Source: Alphaproteobacteria bacterium (GTDB lineage Bacteria; Pseudomonadota; Alphaproteobacteria; CAAHEQ01; UBA3637). Taken from it: a DNA stretch of 64,000 nucleotides. Shown here piece by piece: positions 1-9,428 of the stretch. The translations under genes were made by a program, and so were the position numbers. The notes under the pieces were generated by a model, which saw only the letters and a program-made list of their open reading frames with translations, had not been told where the DNA came from and did no database searches. How positions within the stretch are numbered: position 1 is the stretch's first letter; each line of letters starts with the position of its first letter. The stretch covers positions 1,890 to 65,889 of the forward strand of contig JAFTEW010000058.1 of the NCBI GenBank assembly GCA_017453485.1, written 5' to 3'.

Positions 1-20
1 CATAAGAATAATTTTTTCAT
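1..20 (-). CDS. 5' end only of a gene running off the left edge (MKKLFL...)
   Basis: On the minus strand, ATG at 20-18 is preceded by AAAGGAGG with a 5-nt spacer. Only 6 codons are visible. Confidence 0.35.
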
Positions 21-176
21 TTTTTCCTCCTTTAAATAAATACAACGAACAAAATATAGGAGGTATATTGCCCCAAAAACAGTCGCCTTCGGTCTAGGTT
101 GACGCGCCGGATATTCGGGGCCTATGTCCTTAAAGGTTGCAATATCGCAACAATTTTTTATTTAAGGAGAAAAGAA

Positions 177-761
177 ATGATTTATGGAACAAGATATCCG
201 ACGCTGGCTTTTCACACCGGCGGGGCCGGTCAGGCCGAAGACGGCATTCCGCCGCAGCCTTTTGAAACATTTTGCTATGATTCGGCTTTGACACAAGCCA
301 AAATTCAGGATTTTAACGTTATCCCCTATACATCTGTTTTACCGCCAGAATTATTCGGGAACATCGTTCCGGTAGACAAAGTTGCACATACCTTTAAACA
401 CGGAGCCGTTCTGGAAGTGATTATGGCCGGAAACGGGGCCCGCCGTGAAGATCATAAAGCTATCGCAACCGGTGTCGGCATCGTGTGGGGAAAAAAGAAT
501 GGAAAGTTTGTCGGCGGGTGGGCTGCCGAATATGTTGAATACTTTGATACCTATATTGATGATGACATCGCCAAAGCCCATGCCGAAATGTGGTTGACCA
601 AATCGTTAAAGCATGAATTAAAGTTGCGAGATATGGAACAACACAGCGATTTCCAATTTTTCCACAATCATGTCAATATTGAACAAGCCTTCGGCTATTC
701 TTTGACAGCTCTCGGTTTCTTGAACTTTGAAGTGGCTCCGGCGGTTGAATTGAAAAAATAA
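177..761 (+). CDS. aaxB: pyruvoyl-dependent arginine decarboxylase (AaxB/PvlArgDC-like)
   Basis: ATG at 177 follows AAGGAGA. The N-terminus [16 protein letters not shown]...[13 protein letters not shown]...IPYTSVLP closely resembles chlamydial AaxB as I recall it. Thr52-Ser53 lies at the expected self-cleavage position. The upstream TTG at 99 in the ORF track is probably not the start. Confidence 0.8.
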   Translation: MIYGTRYPTLAFHTGGAGQAEDGIPPQPFETFCYDSALTQAKIQDFNVIPYTSVLPPELFGNIVPVDKVAHTFKHGAVLEVIMAGNGARREDHKAIATGVGIVWGKKNGKFVGGWAAEYVEYFDTYIDDDIAKAHAEMWLTKSLKHELKLRDMEQHSDFQFFHNHVNIEQAFGYSLTALGFLNFEVAPAVELKK

Positions 762-823
762 AATTCGGTAAAAACGGGGACGGAATCATTCTCTCCCCGT
801 TCAAATTTTTCAAGGAGGATTAT

Positions 824-2293
824 ATGATTCAAAAAGGAATAAAACAAAAACAATCCGCCCCCTCCTCTGGTCGGTTGGGTGTTTTCGGATTAGCCGGTAT
901 CGTCATCAGTTCTATGATTGGCGGCGGCATTTTTTCATTACCGCAAAATATGGCCCAAAGTGCCTCGGTCGGTGCCGTCATTTTAGCTTGGGTTGTGACA
1001 GGTTTCGGGATATATTTTATTGCCAACACTTTCCGAATTTTATCCGATGTCAGACCGGATTTAACTTCCGGTATTTACATGTATGCCCGATCCGGTTTCG
1101 GACGCTATATGGGATTTAATATCGGATGGAGTTATTGGCTCTGTCAAATATTCGGTAATGTCGGCTATGCCGTGATTACCATGGATGCACTTAATTATTT
1201 TTTCCCGGGTGTGTTTACGGGGGGAAATAATCTGTATTCCGTTATCGGTGGGTCAATTTTGATTTGGTTCTTTAACTGTTTGGTTTTACGTGGTGTCAAA
1301 CAAGCAACTCTTATCAATCTGATTGTCACAATTGCTAAGATTGTTCCTTTGATTCTGTTTATTATCATTATGGCATTTGCGTTTCATATGGATAAATTTG
1401 ACTTGGATTTCTGGGGAGAAGCCGCCACAGATCATTTGGGTGATTTAGGGACCCAAATCAAAAACACCATGTTGGTCACACTATGGTCCTTTATCGGCAT
1501 TGAAGGAGCCGTTGTCTTATCAGGACGAGCCAAAGCGCAATCAGATGTCGGTCGGGCAACCGTTGTCGGCTTTTTAGGATGCTTGGCTATTTATGTTTTG
1601 CTGTCGGTGCTGCCGTTCGGATTTATGACCCGGACCGAACTTGCCGGCATTGCCAACCCATCCACCGCCGGTGTATTGGAAGCCGTTGTCGGGCGCTGGG
1701 GATCCTGGTTGATGAACATTGGGGTAATTATTGCTATTTTGGCCAGTTGGCTGTCCTGGACCATGATTGTGGCGGAAATGCCCTATGCCATGGCGAAAAA
1801 TGGAACTTTCCCAAGGATTTTTGCACACGAGAACAAAGCCGGCTCGCCGAATGTTTCCCTGTGGGTGACCAGTTTGTGTATGCAATTGGCCATGATATTG
1901 GTTTATTTTGCCAACAACGCCTGGAACACCATGTTATCCATTACGGGGGTTATGGTATTACCGGCATACTTGATGTCCTGTCTGTTTTTGTGGAAAATAT
2001 GCGAAGATCACAAATATCCCCAAAACAGCCCGGTTGGCCGGTTTGGAGCCCTTATCACCGGATTTTTGGGAACGCTTTATGCCGTATGGTTGGTTTATGC
2101 GGCTGGTTTACAATATCTGTTGATGGCTGTTGTTTTTATCGCTATCGGTATTCCGATTTATGTATGGGCCTGCCGCACGGAAGAAACAACCGAACCGCTT
2201 TTTACCTGTCGTGAAAAACTTTTGGTCGGGGGAATTGTTGCTTTGGCTTTGATCGCCATTTATGCCTTTGCTCATGGCCTGATTCATTTATAG
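824..2293 (+). CDS. aaxC: APC-family amino acid/polyamine antiporter (arginine/agmatine antiporter-like)
   Basis: 489-aa polytopic membrane protein with an APC-type N-terminus (GLAGIVISSMIGGGIF). It lies directly downstream of the aaxB-like gene. Confidence 0.75.
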   Translation: MIQKGIKQKQSAPSSGRLGVFGLAGIVISSMIGGGIFSLPQNMAQSASVGAVILAWVVTGFGIYFIANTFRILSDVRPDLTSGIYMYARSGFGRYMGFNIGWSYWLCQIFGNVGYAVITMDALNYFFPGVFTGGNNLYSVIGGSILIWFFNCLVLRGVKQATLINLIVTIAKIVPLILFIIIMAFAFHMDKFDLDFWGEAATDHLGDLGTQIKNTMLVTLWSFIGIEGAVVLSGRAKAQSDVGRATVVGFLGCLAIYVLLSVLPFGFMTRTELAGIANPSTAGVLEAVVGRWGSWLMNIGVIIAILASWLSWTMIVAEMPYAMAKNGTFPRIFAHENKAGSPNVSLWVTSLCMQLAMILVYFANNAWNTMLSITGVMVLPAYLMSCLFLWKICEDHKYPQNSPVGRFGALITGFLGTLYAVWLVYAAGLQYLLMAVVFIAIGIPIYVWACRTEETTEPLFTCREKLLVGGIVALALIAIYAFAHGLIHL

Positions 2294-2305
2294 GGTTCAT
2301 TTACA

Positions 2306-2336
2306 AAAATCCCCGTCGGATTGACGGGGATTTTTT
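2306..2336. terminator. bidirectional rho-independent terminator between aaxC and trxB
   Basis: aaaaATCCCCGTCggattGACGGGGATtttttt. A GC-rich 9-bp stem is flanked by an A-run and a T-run. Confidence 0.75.
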
Positions 2337-3252
2337 AAGGCTGCATCAAAAAATGCTTGGCGGATAAGGCCGCCCGACAACCGCTGCCGGCAGCGATAAT
2401 TGCTTGTCGAAAACGGGGAGCCTGCACATCACCGCAGGCAAAAACACCTGGAACGGACGTCATCTGAGTTTCGCAATCCGTCACAAGATATCCGTTGATA
2501 TCAATATTCAATTGATTGATAAATAACTGTGTATTCGGCACCTGTCCGACAGCTTCAAAAGCACCGGAAACAGAAAGTGTTTCCTGCTGTCCGCTTACTT
2601 TGTTATAAATGATTAGTGCCTCTAATCGTTTTTCCCCAACAAATGCTGATACCTCCGTTTGCGACAATGTTTTAATTTTTTGATTTTTAATGATTTTTTC
2701 AGATATAATTCCATCAAAAACCGGGGTTTCCCCGGGATATATCAAGTAAACCAACGAACATAATTGCGCCAAAAACAAGGCTTCATAAGCCGCCGTATTA
2801 CCGCTGCCGATAACGGCAACAGGCTTGCCTTTATGAAAAATACCGTCACAAGTCGCACAAACGGACACCCCATGACCGATTAATTTATCTTCCCCCGGTA
2901 AATGCAACCATCGGGCCGTTGCTCCGGTTGCAATAATTAAGGCTTTGGATTGAAATACCGTACCGATGGTGGTATGCACCCGAAAGGGGGATGAACGCAC
3001 ATCTGCCTGATCGGCTGTTTCATAAACAAGCCGGACACCGGCTTGTTCCGCCTGTTCGTGAAAGATGTCTGTCAAATCCGGGCCGGATATATCCATAAAG
3101 CCGGGGAAGTTTTCAACCTTATGGGTCAGAATTAACTGTCCGCCCGGCATCGGTCCCATTAACAATGTTGTCTTAAATCCGGCCAAAGCCGAATAAAGGG
3201 CCGCCGTATAACCGGCAGGCCCGGCTCCTAAAATAAGAATTTGTGTTTGCAT
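2335..3252 (-). CDS. trxB: thioredoxin-disulfide reductase
   Basis: GAGPAGYTAA FAD motif, CATCDG redox-active disulfide and a second GSGNTA NADPH motif. The start is placed at the internal ATG (MQTQILILG) preceded by GGAGG. The ORF-track start is 3267. Confidence 0.9.
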   Translation of the reverse strand: MQTQILILGAGPAGYTAALYSALAGFKTTLLMGPMPGGQLILTHKVENFPGFMDISGPDLTDIFHEQAEQAGVRLVYETADQADVRSSPFRVHTTIGTVFQSKALIIATGATARWLHLPGEDKLIGHGVSVCATCDGIFHKGKPVAVIGSGNTAAYEALFLAQLCSLVYLIYPGETPVFDGIISEKIIKNQKIKTLSQTEVSAFVGEKRLEALIIYNKVSGQQETLSVSGAFEAVGQVPNTQLFINQLNIDINGYLVTDCETQMTSVPGVFACGDVQAPRFRQAIIAAGSGCRAALSAKHFLMQP

Positions 3253-3285
3253 TGGTTTTTCCTCCAATGCAACAGATAGGCATCG

Positions 3286-3762
3286 TTAAATGTATTTAAC
3301 AGAGAGAATTTCGTAGGATTTTTCACCCCGCGGTGTATTAACTTCTACAATATCACCGATTTCTTTTCCGATTAAAGCCTTTGCCAACGGGGATAATAAA
3401 GAAATCAATCCCTTTTCCAAATTGGCTTCATATTGGCCAACAATCTGATATGTTGATTCCTGTTCGGTATCGGCATCTGACAATTGAACCGTAGCTCCGA
3501 ATAGAACTTTATCCCCTGACAGCGTTGCCGTATCAATGACCTGCGCATGGGACAAAGCTCCTTCCAATTCTTGAATACGTCCTTCAATAAAAGACTGCTG
3601 TTCACGAGCCGAGTGGTATTCGGCATTTTCGGACAGATCCCCATGACCGCGAGCTTCCTCAATCGCCGCAACGATCCGCGGCCGTTCTTCAAATTTCAAA
3701 TGTTTCAATTCTTCGTTCAGGTTTTGGTACCCTTGTTTTGTCATTGGAACGCGTTCTTCCAT
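3286..3762 (-). CDS. greA: transcription elongation factor GreA
   Basis: [23 protein letters not shown]...[10 protein letters not shown] is typical of GreA, and the 158-aa length fits. The start is chosen at the ATG 8 nt after AAAGGA. The ORF-track start is 3807. Confidence 0.9.
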   Translation of the reverse strand: MEERVPMTKQGYQNLNEELKHLKFEERPRIVAAIEEARGHGDLSENAEYHSAREQQSFIEGRIQELEGALSHAQVIDTATLSGDKVLFGATVQLSDADTEQESTYQIVGQYEANLEKGLISLLSPLAKALIGKEIGDIVEVNTPRGEKSYEILSVKYI

Positions 3763-3967
3763 AGTCATAATCCTTTCAAAATGATAAAAAAAAGAACCAC
3801 CGCACAATCAGGCGGCAGAATTTGGATGGTGTTAATATAGCACTAAAAAAAACAAAATGCAAGCCTTTTATATTTTTGTTTTGAGCCTCCTTTTCGGTAT
3901 CCGCTTCCAGGGGACTTGCAATTTTGCCTAAACTAGTATATAACACCTGATAACATAGGAGTTTAAT

Positions 3968-4753
3968 ATGCAAATGAATTTGACCTTTATAGATAAATTA
4001 GGACGCGTTGTTTTAAACTTTTTCCAAGCCGCCGGAAAACTTGGGATCTTTTGCGGCCAAACCCTTTATCATTGTGTCACCCCACCCTTTTATATCGGGG
4101 CTGTTGGTCGGCAGATGATTGAAATCGGGTTTTATTCTTTACCGGTCGTTGCTCTGACAACCGTCTTTTCGGGGATGGTGATTGCTCTGCAAACCTATGA
4201 AGCCGTTGCGCAATTTTCCGCTGAAGGTGCTGTTTCTATGGTGGTTCGGGTGGCTGTTATTCGGGAATTGGCCCCTGTCATGGCCGGATTAATGGTGGCC
4301 GGTCGGATCGGAGCTGCCATGGCGGCCGAAATCGGAACAATGCGGGTGACCGAACAGATTGATGCTCTTTCCACTTTATCAACAAATCCGTTTAAATACC
4401 TGATTGCTCCACGCGTTATTGCCGGGATTGTCATGTTGCCGTTACTGGTTTTAATCGGAGATGTCCTAGGTATTTGCGGCGGCTATATGATTGGTGTTTA
4501 TAAACTGGGCTTCAATCCGACAACCTACCTGATGAATACCTGGCAATACTTAAAGCCGATGGATATTATTTCCAGTATGACCAAAGCCGGCGTTTTCGGA
4601 TTTATCATCACATTACTCGGATGCTATAACGGTTTTCAATCCCAAGGCGGTGCCCAAGGCGTCGGTCGTGCCACCACAAATGCCGTCGTATCAGCCAGTA
4701 TTCTCATTCTTATCTTTAACTACATCCTGACAGAAATGTTATTTAACGCATAG
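3968..4753 (+). CDS. mlaE: phospholipid/lipid ABC transporter permease MlaE
   Basis: The VRELAPVMAGLMVAGRIGAAMAAEIGTMRVTEQIDAL signature is characteristic of MlaE/Ttg2B permeases. Confidence 0.85.
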   Translation: MQMNLTFIDKLGRVVLNFFQAAGKLGIFCGQTLYHCVTPPFYIGAVGRQMIEIGFYSLPVVALTTVFSGMVIALQTYEAVAQFSAEGAVSMVVRVAVIRELAPVMAGLMVAGRIGAAMAAEIGTMRVTEQIDALSTLSTNPFKYLIAPRVIAGIVMLPLLVLIGDVLGICGGYMIGVYKLGFNPTTYLMNTWQYLKPMDIISSMTKAGVFGFIITLLGCYNGFQSQGGAQGVGRATTNAVVSASILILIFNYILTEMLFNA

Positions 4754-4764
4754 GGGGATTTTAT

Positions 4765-5571
4765 ATGGCTTTATTATTTAAACAAGAAAAGCAACCCGTT
4801 CAACCCAAAATTCGGATGACCGACGTTTGCAAATCGTTCGGCAAGAAAAAAGTCCTGAACCACTTGAATTTGGACGTTTATCCCGGAGAATCATTAGTCG
4901 TTATCGGTGGTTCCGGAACGGGTAAATCCGTCACGATTAAATGTATCTTGGGATTATTGGAACCGGACAGCGGCCGGGTTGAAATTGACGGTAAAGATGT
5001 TTTATCCTTAACCGATAAAGAACGCGAGCAAGTCCTGAGTCAATTTGGGATGTTGTTTCAAAATGCAGCCCTGTTTGACAGTCTTTCCGTTTGGGAAAAT
5101 GTGGCTTTTTCTTTGCTTCAAAATCAACATTTAAACCGTAAAGAAGCCCGTAAAATCGCCATTAAAAAATTGGCTCAGGTGGGCTTAAAAAGTGATGTGG
5201 CCGACGCCTATCCTGCCGATCTATCTGGCGGAATGCGCAAACGTGTCGGCCTGGCGCGCGCTATTGCCACTAATCCGGCCGTTATTTTCTTTGATGAGCC
5301 GACCACGGGTCTGGATCCGATTATGTCCGATGTCATCAATGACCTTATCCGGGATACGGTCAAAACTTTGGGGGCAACGGCTTTAACCATTACGCATGAT
5401 ATGAACTCTGCCCGTAAAATTGCGGATCGAATCGCCATGCTGTATGAGGGGAAAATCATTTGGATCGGTACGGTTAAAGAGCTGGATAAAACCAAGAATC
5501 CTTATGTCCGGCAATTTGTCGCCGGGTCGGCCCAGGGCCCCATCCAAATGGAAGTCAAGGTGGATAAATGA
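4765..5571 (+). CDS. mlaF: ABC transporter ATP-binding protein MlaF
   Basis: Walker A GGSGTGKS, LSGGMRKR signature and Walker B IFFDEP. Adjacent to mlaE. Confidence 0.85.
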   Translation: MALLFKQEKQPVQPKIRMTDVCKSFGKKKVLNHLNLDVYPGESLVVIGGSGTGKSVTIKCILGLLEPDSGRVEIDGKDVLSLTDKEREQVLSQFGMLFQNAALFDSLSVWENVAFSLLQNQHLNRKEARKIAIKKLAQVGLKSDVADAYPADLSGGMRKRVGLARAIATNPAVIFFDEPTTGLDPIMSDVINDLIRDTVKTLGATALTITHDMNSARKIADRIAMLYEGKIIWIGTVKELDKTKNPYVRQFVAGSAQGPIQMEVKVDK

Positions 5572-6956
5572 CAAAACGGACAACACAATATGTTTGTCAA
5601 AATTGCGGGGCTACCTTTGCCAAATGGACCGGCAAGTGCGAGGCTTGCGGTGAATGGAATACCTTGGTTGAGGAAGACTTGCCAACGGCGGACCATCCCC
5701 ATATGACAGCCGGTAAGGGCGGACGCAAAATTGAATTTCATGATTTACGTGGCGCACCCGAATTGGTTTTTCGTTTAAAATCCCAAATCGGTGAATTAGA
5801 CCGTGTTTGCGGCGGTGGTTTGGTGCCGGGGTCTGTCATTCTTGTCGGCGGTGACCCCGGAATCGGCAAATCAACCTTGCTTTTGCAAACGGTAGCCCAT
5901 TTGTCAGATACGGTTAATAAAGAAGGTAAGCCGACAAAATGCGTTTATATTTCAGGTGAAGAATCCGTTGACCAAGTTCGCCTGCGTGCTTTACGATTAG
6001 GCCTTTCCCAAGCAGCCGTTGATTTGGCCAGTGCCACAAATATTCGGGATATCGTAGCCACCCTAGACGGCGGAGAAACACCGGATGTTGTCATTATCGA
6101 TTCTATTCAAACCATGTATTCGGACACATTGGATTCTGCACCGGGCACAGTCGGTCAGGTGCGAGCCTGCGGCAACGAATTAATTCGGTTGGCTAAGCGA
6201 TTAAATTTTACCTTGTTTCTGGTCGGTCATGTGACAAAAGAGGGGACTTTGGCCGGCCCACGCGTTTTGGAGCATATGGTGGATACTGTCCTTTATTTTG
6301 AAGGCGACCGCGGACATCATTTCCGTATTTTACGATCCGTGAAAAATAGGTTTGGTGCGACCGATGAAATTGGCGTTTTTGAAATGACCGAAGAAGGTTT
6401 GGCCGAAGTTAAAAATCCGTCGGCCCTGTTTTTAGCAGAACGCCGCGGCAATATTGCCGGCAGTTGTGTCTTTGCCGGAATAGAGGGGTCCCGACCATTA
6501 TTGGTTGAAATTCAGGCCCTTGTCGCCCCGATAAGCGGTCCTTCTCCGCGCCGGGCCGTTGTCGGTTGGGATTCCAATCGATTGGCAATGATCTTGGCTG
6601 TTTTGGAAACCAGATGCGGGGTTGTATTCGGAGCCAAAGATGTCTATTTAAACGTGGCCGGCGGATTAAAATTAACTGAACCGGCCTGTGATATGGCGGT
6701 GGCTATGGCTTTGGTATCGGCATTGACCGGGCATCCGGTGCCGGCCGACATGATTGTATTCGGTGAAGTCGGCCTGTCCGGCGAGATTCGAGCCGTTCCG
6801 CAGCCGGATTTACGATTAAAAGAAGCGGAAAAATTAGGGTTTAAAAGAGCCTTGATTCCGCCGCGGAGAAGTGCTAAAAAGGAAAAAGCAGTGTCGGATT
6901 TACGCATCATTGAAATCGGACATTTACGGACATTGATGGATACATTTCGGGAGTAA
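5568..6956 (+). CDS. radA: DNA repair protein RadA
   Basis: N-terminal zinc ribbon CQNCGATFAKWTGKCEACGEWNT, GDPGIGKST Walker A, KNRFG motif and a Lon-like C-terminus. Confidence 0.95.
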   Translation: MTKRTTQYVCQNCGATFAKWTGKCEACGEWNTLVEEDLPTADHPHMTAGKGGRKIEFHDLRGAPELVFRLKSQIGELDRVCGGGLVPGSVILVGGDPGIGKSTLLLQTVAHLSDTVNKEGKPTKCVYISGEESVDQVRLRALRLGLSQAAVDLASATNIRDIVATLDGGETPDVVIIDSIQTMYSDTLDSAPGTVGQVRACGNELIRLAKRLNFTLFLVGHVTKEGTLAGPRVLEHMVDTVLYFEGDRGHHFRILRSVKNRFGATDEIGVFEMTEEGLAEVKNPSALFLAERRGNIAGSCVFAGIEGSRPLLVEIQALVAPISGPSPRRAVVGWDSNRLAMILAVLETRCGVVFGAKDVYLNVAGGLKLTEPACDMAVAMALVSALTGHPVPADMIVFGEVGLSGEIRAVPQPDLRLKEAEKLGFKRALIPPRRSAKKEKAVSDLRIIEIGHLRTLMDTFRE

Positions 6957-6959
6957 ACC

Positions 6960-7601
6960 ATGACCTTGGGTTTGATTGATTTGATTTTGGCGATTGTCGT
7001 CGTTATTTCTGTTTTATTTGCTCTTTATCGTGGATTGGTGCGAGAATTATTGGGGATTGCCGCCTGGATTTTGGCCGGATTTGCCGCCCTTTACAGTTAT
7101 GCTCCGCTACAACCTCTGATGAATAAAATGATTGAGAATAAAACAACAGCCGGTATCGTCGGTTCTCTTGTCGTCGCTTTGCTTGTATTGGTCATTATGA
7201 CTTTGATTAATTCCTGGATTACCAAGCGTCTTCGTCAAAGCGCACTCAGCGGTTTGGATCGTATTTTAGGGTTAATGTTTGGGATTGGTCGGGCCGGTTT
7301 GTTAGCGGCTATCTGTTATTTAGGGGCTTCTATGTTTATGCCCGAGCAGAAACTGAACGAAATGGAAGAACAGAACATTTCGGTTCCCTATGTTCGCACA
7401 ATGGCCGGATGGTTAGAATACGTGATTCCGGATAACATTAAGGCCGATATCAAAGAATACGAACAGGGCAAATTAAATGATTCAAAAACAAAAAAAATCG
7501 GCATTGATTTGAAAAAAACGGTTAAGGAACAACTGATCGAATATCGCGAATCGGATAAACAATCTTTGGATGATATGATTGATAAAATTGCCGATGAATA
7601 A
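6960..7601 (+). CDS. cvpA: CvpA family membrane protein
   Basis: N-terminal pattern IDLILAIVVVISVLFALYRGLVRELL with 4 predicted TM helices. The radA-cvpA order is typical. Confidence 0.8.
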   Translation: MTLGLIDLILAIVVVISVLFALYRGLVRELLGIAAWILAGFAALYSYAPLQPLMNKMIENKTTAGIVGSLVVALLVLVIMTLINSWITKRLRQSALSGLDRILGLMFGIGRAGLLAAICYLGASMFMPEQKLNEMEEQNISVPYVRTMAGWLEYVIPDNIKADIKEYEQGKLNDSKTKKIGIDLKKTVKEQLIEYRESDKQSLDDMIDKIADE

Positions 7602-7732
7602 TTTCGGCTGCGAATCGAATAAAAAACAGGATTAATTATCGCATTATTTTTTCTTTTTTGTGTTAAAAATCCTTGCATCGTCTTTGTTTTTTTGCTATCC
7701 TGGCGAAAAATAGAGTATGGAAGGTTAACTTA

Positions 7733-9427
7733 ATGACGAAACAATTGATTACAAGTGCATTACCCTATGTTAACGGTTTACCGCATTTGGGGCACATGGT
7801 CGGCTGTTTGTTGCCGGCGGATGTATTTGCCAGGTATTTGCGTGCGAAAGGGGATGATGTCCTGTATATCTGTGGGACAGATGAACATGGAACGGTATCC
7901 GAAGTCGGCGCAGCCAAAGAGAATATGCCTGTGGAATCATATTGCCAAAAATACCATGATCAACATGTTAAAATGTATCAGGGGTTTAATTTGTCATTTG
8001 ACTATTTCGGGCGCACAAGTTCGGATCAAAACAAAGAAATTACCTATCGTATTTTTAAGGCTTTGGATAAGAATGACCTTATTGAGGAGCGCACAACAAA
8101 ACAGGTTTATTCCCCGGATGACGGCCGCTATCTGCCGGACAGTTATGTGATGGGTACCTGTCCGTATTGCGGCTATGACAAAGCCAAAGGGGACCAATGT
8201 GAAAATTGCACAAAGGTCTTGGATCCGACGGATTTGATTAACCCACGCAGTGTTTTATCCGGCAGCAGCAATATTGAAATCCGCGAAACAAAACACTTGT
8301 TTTTACGATTACCAAAATTAGAAGATGAATTGAATCAATGGATTGAAACAAAGAAGGGCATTTGGCCGGATATTGCCTATTCCATCGCCAAAAAGTGGTT
8401 AAAAGAGGGCTTAAAGGAACGGGGCATTACTCGGGATTTAAAGTGGGGGTTTGCCGTGCCGCGCCCCGGCTTTGAAAATAAAGTCTTCTACGTTTGGTTT
8501 GATGCTCCGATCGGTTATATCGGTATTACAAAACAATGGTCCGATGAAAAACCAACCGAACGCCATTGGGAGGATTGGTGGTTAAAACCCGATGAGGTGC
8601 ATTACACCGAGTTTATGGGCAAGGACAATATTCCGTTTCATACCATTTCCTTTCCGGCAACCTTGAAGGGGACCGGCGAAAATTGGAAAACTGTTGATTT
8701 TTTAAAGGGGATGAATTACCTGAATTTTGCAGGGGGCAAATTTTCAAAATCAGCCCATCGGGGAATCTTTTTAGATGACGCAATTGCCGAATTTCCAGCT
8801 GATTATTGGCGGTATTGGTTGATTGCTAACGCCCCGGAATCGGATGATACCAATTTTTCATTTGATCATTTTGCAGCTGTTGTTAATAAAGACTTGAATG
8901 ACGTGCTGGGTAATTTCATCAATCGGGTTTTAAAAATGACCGAAAAGAATTTCGGTGCTGTTGTGCCACCGATGGGACAACCGACCACGAATGAAATGGA
9001 ACTGTATCAAACATTGGACACTTTAATAACCGATTATCGTAAGTATATGGACGGGCTTGAATTCAGAAAAGCTATGGCAACCTTGCGGGAAATTTGGGTG
9101 GCCGGCAACAATTATATTGCCAAAACAGAGCCATGGAAAGTTGTCAAAGAAAACAAAGATTATGCTGGAACCATTTTGGCTACGGCCCTAAATTTGATTC
9201 GTCTGTTCGGACATATCAGTGCTCCCGTCATGCCGGAGTCTGCCGAAAAAATGCTGGCTATCATCGGGGAAAAATTACCATTCCGTTTCCCAACAGAACC
9301 AATGAAAATTTATTTGACGGGGATTGAATCGGGGCGGGCTTTCGCACCGTGTGAACCATTGTTTGCCAAAATTGCACCGGAACGCTTGGAAGAATTAAAA
9401 ATTAAGTATAAGGAAACGGAGGCCTAA
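7733..9427 (+). CDS. metG: methionine--tRNA ligase
   Basis: SALPYVNGLPHLGH (HIGH-type motif), KFSKS (KMSKS motif) and a zinc knuckle CPYCGY...CENC. The start is at the internal ATG (MTKQLIT). Confidence 0.95.
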   Translation: MTKQLITSALPYVNGLPHLGHMVGCLLPADVFARYLRAKGDDVLYICGTDEHGTVSEVGAAKENMPVESYCQKYHDQHVKMYQGFNLSFDYFGRTSSDQNKEITYRIFKALDKNDLIEERTTKQVYSPDDGRYLPDSYVMGTCPYCGYDKAKGDQCENCTKVLDPTDLINPRSVLSGSSNIEIRETKHLFLRLPKLEDELNQWIETKKGIWPDIAYSIAKKWLKEGLKERGITRDLKWGFAVPRPGFENKVFYVWFDAPIGYIGITKQWSDEKPTERHWEDWWLKPDEVHYTEFMGKDNIPFHTISFPATLKGTGENWKTVDFLKGMNYLNFAGGKFSKSAHRGIFLDDAIAEFPADYWRYWLIANAPESDDTNFSFDHFAAVVNKDLNDVLGNFINRVLKMTEKNFGAVVPPMGQPTTNEMELYQTLDTLITDYRKYMDGLEFRKAMATLREIWVAGNNYIAKTEPWKVVKENKDYAGTILATALNLIRLFGHISAPVMPESAEKMLAIIGEKLPFRFPTEPMKIYLTGIESGRAFAPCEPLFAKIAPERLEELKIKYKETEA

Positions 9428-9428
9428 T

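Noticed and set aside
139-170. Small hairpin (GTTGC-aatatc-GCAAC) followed by a T-run just upstream of the aaxB SD, considered as a possible attenuator.
   Set aside because: The stem is only 5 bp and AT-rich. That is too weak to call without comparative or experimental support.
1579-2214. 211-aa plus-strand ORF in an alternative frame inside the aaxC-like permease gene.
   Set aside because: It is fully nested out of frame in a gene with a clear APC-transporter translation. The product is Cys/Arg/Gly-rich, looks like nonsense and has no RBS.
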